IMG/VR virus record: IMGVR_UViG_3300006982_000003
DNA: 33,586 bases
Reading direction: 5' to 3' (one strand)
DNA from: a virus
Within the stretch, counting starts at the first letter, position 1; every line of letters starts with the position of its first letter. Both the position numbers and the translations under genes were made by a program. Positions 30,447-33,586 of the stretch are shown piece by piece. The notes under the pieces are model-generated. The model did not search any database. It was not told the DNA's origin and saw nothing but the letters and a program-made list of their open reading frames with translations.

Positions 30447-31700
30447 ATGGCTCAATTGCCAAATAATATACTGCAAAATGTTGAGACGTATAATAAAGCT
30501 CAACTAGCGTATTTAGAAAATCTCAATTGTTTTCTACATACCGCTAATAAAGCGTTTCAGGATTTTAGAAATGCGCAACCAGCAAACCTGGGCGATACCA
30601 TTACATTTGATAAACCGCCTCGATTTGTGGCCAATGATGGCCTCGTTGTTAATTTTGGTGGTGTTGAACAACGTGTTCAAAAGTTAACAGTTAATAACGC
30701 AAAAAACGTACCGATTGCTGTTGGTTCACGTGAATTGAAATTGAATCTCTATGAATACATGAGTCGGTTTGGTCGGGCAGCGATTGAAGAACTATCGGCT
30801 GTCATTGAAGCGGACATTGCGAATGTGTGTGTTGAGCATCCCTATCGCTTTTTTGGCGATGGTAAGACACCCATTAATTCATTTGAGCAATTAGCACGCG
30901 CACTGGAGAATTTCCGTAACTTTGGTGCCGCTCGACACAATACCAAAGGCTATTTGGAAGATGTGTCGGTTTCATCAATCACCAACAGTGGCTTAAATCA
31001 ATTTGTTCCCAAACGAAATGAAGAATTGGCGAATAGTTGGGAATTGGGTGATTTTTCACAATGTGAATGGTATAAATCCAATTTACTACCTGTTCATAAT
31101 GCCGGCACTGAAGGTGAACAAGACACGACATTAACAGTGGATAGTGTGACTAAAGATGCCAATGGTGCGATTACAGCCATTACATTCAGTGGCACCAATG
31201 CGAGCAATGATGCCAATTCAGTCAAGAAGAATGATAAATTTGAATTTCAGGATAATGTATCCGGTCAACCTGATTTACGATTCCTGACATTTATTGGTCA
31301 CCAAACATCCGCACAAAAAGTTCAGTTTAGAGCGACCTCAGATGCAGCCAGTGATGGCAGTAATAAGGTGACTGTCTCGATTGAACCGTCATTACAAGCG
31401 ACCAGTGGCAAAAATCAAAATTTAAATCATGAAATTGTAGCCGGTATGCAAGCCAAAGCGCTTCCGTCGCATCGGGCAGGCATGATACAGAGTGGCAATC
31501 AATTTTATGTGGCGATGCCTCAGCTACCGGATCAAGACCCTTATAAGACATCGGTAGTAACAGATGATGATACAGGTGCGTCACTTCGGATGTACACTGG
31601 TGCGCTATTCGGTCAAAACGTTCAGGGAACCGTGGTTGATGCCATTTGGGGTAAGACGGTTGTGCCTGAAAATGCAATGTCACTCATATTCCCGCTATAA
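30447..31700 (+). CDS. Major capsid protein, P22 coat-like, 417 aa
   Basis: GGAGG lies upstream. The size, the position after the scaffold and the overall sequence character resemble the P22 gp5 family, from memory. This needs an HMM check. Confidence 0.8.
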   Translation: MAQLPNNILQNVETYNKAQLAYLENLNCFLHTANKAFQDFRNAQPANLGDTITFDKPPRFVANDGLVVNFGGVEQRVQKLTVNNAKNVPIAVGSRELKLNLYEYMSRFGRAAIEELSAVIEADIANVCVEHPYRFFGDGKTPINSFEQLARALENFRNFGAARHNTKGYLEDVSVSSITNSGLNQFVPKRNEELANSWELGDFSQCEWYKSNLLPVHNAGTEGEQDTTLTVDSVTKDANGAITAITFSGTNASNDANSVKKNDKFEFQDNVSGQPDLRFLTFIGHQTSAQKVQFRATSDAASDGSNKVTVSIEPSLQATSGKNQNLNHEIVAGMQAKALPSHRAGMIQSGNQFYVAMPQLPDQDPYKTSVVTDDDTGASLRMYTGALFGQNVQGTVVDAIWGKTVVPENAMSLIFPL

Positions 31701-31711
31701 CGGAGGTTCAC

Positions 31712-32449
31712 ATGGTTGCAACACCGATTGTTAATCAAGGTCAAAAACACATTGAAGGCCTGTTAGTCTCACATAATGCTGATAAAAAACTGGATGTATC
31801 AGCTGGCCAAGCACGTGATTCATCGAATACGAACGATATTATTTTAGGATCGAGTGTGACGATTGATGCCAGTAATAACGGCAAAAATGGATTAGATTCA
31901 GGCAGTTTGGCGAATAACACATTATATGCTGTTTATGCCATTGGTGATTCACGAGATAAAGCCAGTGCAGCAGCCATTGTATCCAGTGATATGAGTCAAC
32001 CGGTTCTGCCTAAAGACTATGATATGTACCGGCTCATTGGTTATGTCCGAACGGATGGCAGCGCCAATTTTCTGGTGTTTCATATGTACGGCGATGGGCA
32101 TTATCGTATGGTTTGGTATGATGCCATTCGTTCTGTTTTGTCGAATGGAACATCAACGTCTTGGGCTGAAATTGATTTATCCAGCGATATGCCCTCTATT
32201 GCGACACAAGTTGTGCTGGACGTGTCTTATACGCCTAATAGCGCAACGAATAAAGCGTATTTTAGAACCATTGCATCCTCTGAAGCAGATGGACAAGTTA
32301 AGTTCGGATATGGCGTTGCGGGTGCACAAGTCGGCATGGCAAAAGTTCCAGCTGATGTTGATAGCGGTAGCGTTAAAATTGAATACAAAGTAGATAATAG
32401 CTCCGATGATTTGGATGCGTCATTAGCGGGTTATGAAGTCTATTTGTGA
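31712..32449 (+). CDS. Hypothetical virion protein, 245 aa (between the coat and adaptor genes)
   Basis: GGAGG lies upstream. The function is unknown; a decoration or fibre-like role is only a guess. Confidence 0.6.
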   Translation: MVATPIVNQGQKHIEGLLVSHNADKKLDVSAGQARDSSNTNDIILGSSVTIDASNNGKNGLDSGSLANNTLYAVYAIGDSRDKASAAAIVSSDMSQPVLPKDYDMYRLIGYVRTDGSANFLVFHMYGDGHYRMVWYDAIRSVLSNGTSTSWAEIDLSSDMPSIATQVVLDVSYTPNSATNKAYFRTIASSEADGQVKFGYGVAGAQVGMAKVPADVDSGSVKIEYKVDNSSDDLDASLAGYEVYL

Positions 32450-32470
32450 TGCGTTTGTCGGGGCCGTCAC

Positions 32471-33175
32471 ATGTCATACAAAGTGTCAAAGCTGATCACC
32501 AATGCCTATTATTTAGCTGGCATTGTCTCAAGGGATTTTGAATCGGTCACGGACGGCCAAATTAGTGACGGTCTCGACATTTTAAATGATTTACTAGGCG
32601 ATAAAGCCATTGATGATTCATTATTGCCGTATACCAACAAACACGAATTAACAACGCAACCTAATATAGAAGAATATTTCATTGATAATCTAATACAGAT
32701 TAGTACGCTCAGTATTTTTATTGATGATATTCGTTATCAATCCACAGAACAGCTACGCAAAGAGTATTTGGGCTCATATCGTAATGTGAATATTAGTAGT
32801 TTGCCGTTTGCATATCACTATGAACGTGAAAAAGGAGGCACACGCTTATTTCTCTATTTCAAACCTGATGATGAATACCCTGTTCATATATACGGTACAT
32901 TTCAATTAGCCGATGTGAGTTTAGCAACTGATTTAGCCAGTACATTCGACCGTTATTATATTAACTTTCTTAAATTCGAATTAGCACGGCGTTTATGCAT
33001 TGAATATAATTACACTGTCCCTAAGATGGTTGAAGAACTTTATCAGAGTTATTATAGCTGGATTCGCTTTAAATCTCAGGATTTAGATTTAACACAACAA
33101 ACATTAAGCCAATTTAGCGCCAAAGGAGCTATTAATTATGCTGTTGCGAATCTGTCAGAAGGCTGGTCACCGTGA
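32471..33175 (+). CDS. Head-to-tail adaptor, P22 gp4-like, 234 aa
   Basis: The N-terminus LITNAYYLAGIVSRDFESVTDGQISDGLDILNDLLGD parallels the P22 gp4 N-terminus ([36 protein letters not shown], from memory). The gene sits directly before the gp10-like gene. Confidence 0.65.
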   Translation: MSYKVSKLITNAYYLAGIVSRDFESVTDGQISDGLDILNDLLGDKAIDDSLLPYTNKHELTTQPNIEEYFIDNLIQISTLSIFIDDIRYQSTEQLRKEYLGSYRNVNISSLPFAYHYEREKGGTRLFLYFKPDDEYPVHIYGTFQLADVSLATDLASTFDRYYINFLKFELARRLCIEYNYTVPKMVEELYQSYYSWIRFKSQDLDLTQQTLSQFSAKGAINYAVANLSEGWSP

Positions 33176-33586
33176 CATCAACAATAGCTAATCAATCGGT
33201 CCCTGTTAAGATTGTAGGTAGTTCAACATTTGGTCGATTTGATCAAATCAGTTCTGAACGAACCTATAATATGTTTGTATCCACGGATGAAACGGGGCAT
33301 GATCAATGGCTCATTAATTTTGCAGGCTATGAATCCGTCAAAAAATTATTTGATACAGATCAAGAGGGGCGTGGTTTATTTCATAGCATCCGAGGTGGCT
33401 TTTTGCTCGTTGTTGTTGAAGCGAAAGTTTTTCGTGTTAGCACAACGTTATCAGTTCAAGAAGTGGGAAGCCTAAATAGTTCGACAGGTGAAGTTTTTAT
33501 TGATGAGAACCTAAACAGTCAAATTGCAATTGTCGATGGTCAAAACGTTTACATTTATAATCATGCATCCGGTCAATTTGGTCAGG
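33172..33586 (+). CDS. Tail hub protein, P22 gp10-like (5' part; continues at position 1 after removing the 99-bp duplicate)
   Basis: GTG 33172 overlaps the upstream TGA (GTGA). My hand translation of this frame has no stop to the window end: MTSTIANQSVPVKIVGSSTFGRFDQISSERTYNMFVSTDETGHDQWLINFAGYESV... The ORF is absent from the track because it is open-ended. Confidence 0.7.
   Translation, partial: MTSTIANQSVPVKIVGSSTFGRFDQISSERTYNMFVSTDETGHDQWLINFAGYESVKKLFDTDQEGRGLFHSIRGGFLLVVVEAKVFRVSTTLSVQEVGSLNSSTGEVFIDENLNSQIAIVDGQNVYIYNHASGQFGQ
33488..33586. repeat. Terminal 99-bp exact duplicate of positions 1-99 (circular-contig overlap)
   Basis: gtgaagtttttattgatgagaacc...ccggtcaatttggtcagg is read identically at both ends. 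The repeat lies inside an ORF whose reading frame is continuous across the junction. Confidence 0.95.

Larger units (their letters stand above)
1..33487. mobile_element. Complete circularly closed tailed-phage genome with a P22-like packaging/head/tail-hub module; probably podovirus-like
   Basis: Exact 99-bp identity between 1-99 and 33488-33586. A full set of terminase, portal, scaffold, coat, adaptor, hub, fibre, lysis, replication and recombination genes is present. Coding density is high in two opposed blocks. Confidence 0.85.

Noticed and set aside
33230-33475. Track ORF of 81 aa on the + strand
   Set aside because: It is in a different frame inside the open-ended 5' part of the gp10-like gene (33172 onward). 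It has no SD and the translation looks like shadow-frame sequence.
33488-33586. The 99-bp terminal repeat as a biological direct terminal repeat (T7-like DTR)
   Set aside because: It lies in the middle of a continuous ORF and is exactly 99 nt, a common assembler k-mer. The P22-like terminase/portal set also predicts headful packaging. An assembly overlap is the simpler explanation.

Overview
This window is a complete, circularly closed tailed-phage genome. Positions 33488-33586 exactly copy 1-99, so the unique sequence is 33,487 bp. One gene, a P22 gp10-like tail hub, runs across the artificial ends. The sequence is visibly AT-rich, and many proteins are Q/N-rich.

There are two opposed transcription blocks.

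(1) The + strand packaging, morphogenesis and lysis block runs 24957 -> window end -> 1 -> 15159. In order it encodes:
- a DnaJ-type Zn-finger mini-protein, TerS and TerL;
- a P22-like portal with a long Q-rich C-terminus, a scaffold and a P22-like coat;
- a gp4-like adaptor and the gp10-like hub;
- three G/Q-rich ejection-protein candidates;
- an ~8-kb fibre/receptor-binding region, including a 910-aa fibre made of five tandem 96-99-aa modules;
- a VRR-NUC nuclease, a GH108 endolysin and a holin-like ORF.

(2) The - strand early block runs 24809 -> 15500. In order it encodes:
- three small early ORFs;
- three winged-HTH proteins, one of them a replication-initiator-like protein with iteron-like repeats inside its own gene;
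- a DnaB helicase, a Cro-like HTH protein and a strongly acidic protein;
- a RecE-like exonuclease and an Erf annealase;
- a LuxR/GerE HTH protein, an SSB-like protein ending in DDDVPF and a DUF3987-like P-loop protein.

I found no integrase, CI-type repressor, tRNA, rRNA, CRISPR array or reverse transcriptase.

The ORFs do not explain a set of large, highly structured non-coding elements. These are where I would look for something new:
- a plus-strand intrinsic terminator and stem-loops antisense to the early operon, next to a 36-nt tandem repeat array (23760-24023);
- a 495-nt ORF-free control region with TGTGC-N-GCACA palindromes, a TGACA cluster and a duplicated AGTTGCA/TGCAACT inverted-repeat unit competing with a C7/G7 stem (20043-20537);
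- a 220-nt island with twin CTGCC-N5-GGCAG hairpins inside the late operon (10801-11020);
- CACGT clusters shared by two intergenic regions.

All homology statements come from motif recognition by eye and memory. No search was run.
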